From: Klebsormidium nitens | Lineage: Eukaryota > Plantae > Klebsormidiophyceae | Assembly: GCA_000708835.1 (NCBI GenBank) | Contig: DF237077.1 | Span: forward strand, 62,001 to 126,000 | Length of the DNA stretch: 64,000 nt | Reading direction: 5' to 3' | In this document: in pieces, positions 62,301 through 64,000 of the stretch | Layout: each line of letters opens with the position of its first letter | Position numbering within the stretch: the stretch's first letter is position 1 | Translations under genes and position numbers: made by a program | Notes under the pieces: model-generated | Seen by the model: the letters and a program-made list of their open reading frames with translations, nothing else | The model's database searches: none | What the model was told of the DNA's origin: nothing

Positions 62301-63945
62301 CAAAAGAACCTGCTGGAGGAGATCCCGCCGATGCCCGTCAACTACAAGTAGGCTACGCCGGACCCTTGGCCTACAGAAGCAATTTACAGCAGGTCGAAAA
62401 GAATCAGATCACAATGGAAAAGATAAAGTGCAAGAGCAAAGCTGGTCTGAGAGGGTTCACCTTCTAAGCTTGTTGGAACAACCAAGTGCTGTGCAACTGA
62501 TATTTAGGTACTGCAGAGCAAAGTTGCTTAAGAGGGGCGGCTCTCAAGCTACGTAGGGGTTTGACAGACTTAGGAGGGTCTTTTAAGAAGTTTTCCACAG
62601 ACTCTTCCTCTCACTATAGCAGCGATGGAAAGACCACTCTTCTGACTAGATTTTGTTGAGACTTGTGACAAATGTGTAAATTCTTCGCACCTACAGAGGT
62701 TGTGGTGCGGGTGTCGTTGCCAAGTCTTGCATCTCTTCCGGAAGTTGTAAGGACGTGGGCCTAAAATTGAAATCTAAAAGGGTTGGAATGCGGCATGCAG
62801 CGCTAGTCTTGTCCCGCCGTGTCAGTACTCCCAGGCCCTCTGCAGAAGTGGCAGGTTTAGCGGAAGCAATCCCTTAAAGGCATTTCTGGTCGCTTAAGGC
62901 CTAATCGGTGGGAGAGAGCCGTTACTTCTCTCGACCTGTCAGGCGATTGTCCCCTTGGCTGGAAGGAACAATTCGGCTTTCATACACCACGGCAGCTATT
63001 CTGCTTATAATAAGTCAGTGACTAGGTGCTTTAGAGAGATTCATTAGCTGGCACCTATTTCTGTGCAGGACCGTGGAAGAGAAGGCGCAGCGCATCTTCA
63101 CCTCGACCTACATCGAGCAGTTTCGTCCAGAGGCCAACGACGGGCAGGGCATCAAAACGGTAGTCTCTCCCTTCCGGGAAGCAGATCCGACGCTAGCACA
63201 GGAAAAGGGCCTGCCGAGCTTGAATCTAGAGAGTGCTCCTCCCGCCACAGAAGCGGGGCTGTTTGGTAGGGGGGTGGATCTAGAGGTGGAGAGTGAAGTA
63301 GAGGCGAGGATCAGCGCGGATTTGGCGAGGCTCGAGCGGGAAGCGCAGATGGAGCTTCAGGGGGGTGCAGGAAGCAGCGAGTTCGAGGGGGGGGTGGCGG
63401 AGTTGAACCGAGGTTTGGTGTCGGGTAGGGGGGACTCACAAGTCGGTAATTCAGAGGCCCAGGCGGCTGCTGACGTCGGAGGGGAGAGCGTATCATACGA
63501 GGGGACGGCAAACGGTGCACGAGGCTCGGAACCGCGGAAGCGCTATACTCATGATGATGACGATGATCCGGACGAGAGGAAAGACGGTGCGAGGAAAGCC
63601 AGCAGCGCAGGCGCTGACGACAGCGACCCCGACAGTGACGATGACGACATCAAGAAGATTGGGGAGGAGCTGTTCCCCGACTTCGACGAGGAGGAGCTGA
63701 CGTCAGCATCGCACAGGGGGGCGTCAGCGGAGTCCGACGGACGGGACCCGGACGATATGCAAACAATCGGGGAGGATTTGTTCCCGGATTATGAACCAGA
63801 GATTAACCCCAACGTGGACCTCAGCGAGATGGGCCGCTTGCTGGGGCGGAGAATTGCTGACGTGGCAGGTTACCAGCAGGCCCCGGGGGTGCCACGGCTG
63901 CACGACAGCATGCAGGAGGCGAAGGACCTCAACCGGTTTCTGCAG
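59310..63945 (+). CDS. Unidentified protein with a putative plastid transit peptide, acidic and coiled-coil regions; 3'-partial
   Basis: Exons: 59310-60376, 61087-61339, 61779-61850, 62175-62347, 63069-63945, followed by a further GT donor at 63946; phases are consistent. The N-terminus is S/R-rich and ends RRRVSVVTRA. The E/K/R-rich helical segment reads EEEKRIEAKRQKAIFEVERKERVRLIEEERVKRKAE. Confidence 0.7.
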
Positions 63946-64000
63946 GTGAGAACTGGGAATCAAACTTCAGGGCGATGCTTTCAACTGTTTGCGAAGTCAT

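Noticed and set aside
59310-63945. Identification as Ycf3-interacting protein (Y3IP1) or another known plastid factor
   Set aside because: The characteristic conserved motifs were not found, so it is left unassigned.
63069-63945. Independent gene starting near 63063
   Set aside because: There is no suitable ATG or promoter gap. The phase-2 acceptor matches the donor at 62348, so it is an exon of the upstream gene.
1-64000. tRNA, rRNA, snRNA or snoRNA genes and intact transposase/RT ORFs
   Set aside because: GTTCGA words (e.g. ~11048, ~19745) lack cloverleaf context, and no rRNA-like or TE-coding segments were recognised. tRNAscan-SE, Infernal and RepeatModeler would be needed to exclude them formally.

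Overview
This is intron-rich eukaryotic nuclear DNA, roughly 50-55% GC by eye. The gene set combines plastid-targeted proteins (OHP1, double-domain DJ-1), a plant-type DRMY1-like Myb protein and the ciliary transition-zone protein NPHP4. That points by inference to a flagellate-capable streptophyte alga such as Klebsormidium. I assembled 11 gene models by hand from splice sites, frame continuity and family motifs: a class II HDAC with a C-terminal GGCT-like domain (-), an intronless MYND/DUF4470-like protein (+), DJ-1 (-), DRMY1-like Myb (+), a bacterial-type hypothetical protein with 3 introns (-), AP-1 mu (-), an EF-hand mitochondrial carrier (+), OHP1 (-), an AIR1/ZCCHC7-like zinc-knuckle protein (+), NPHP4 (-) and an unidentified, probably plastid-targeted acidic/coiled-coil protein (+, runs off the window). 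Most ORF-track entries are antisense or intronic artefacts. The most notable observations are two candidate foreign-origin genes, the HDAC-GGCT fusion, an IQ motif inside NPHP4, four GC-AG introns, near-perfect alternation of gene orientation broken only by the bacterial-like gene, and several duplication, insertion and hairpin events inside the carrier gene introns. No rRNA, tRNA, CRISPR array or intact transposon was recognised. No database searches were run; family calls come from motif recognition.
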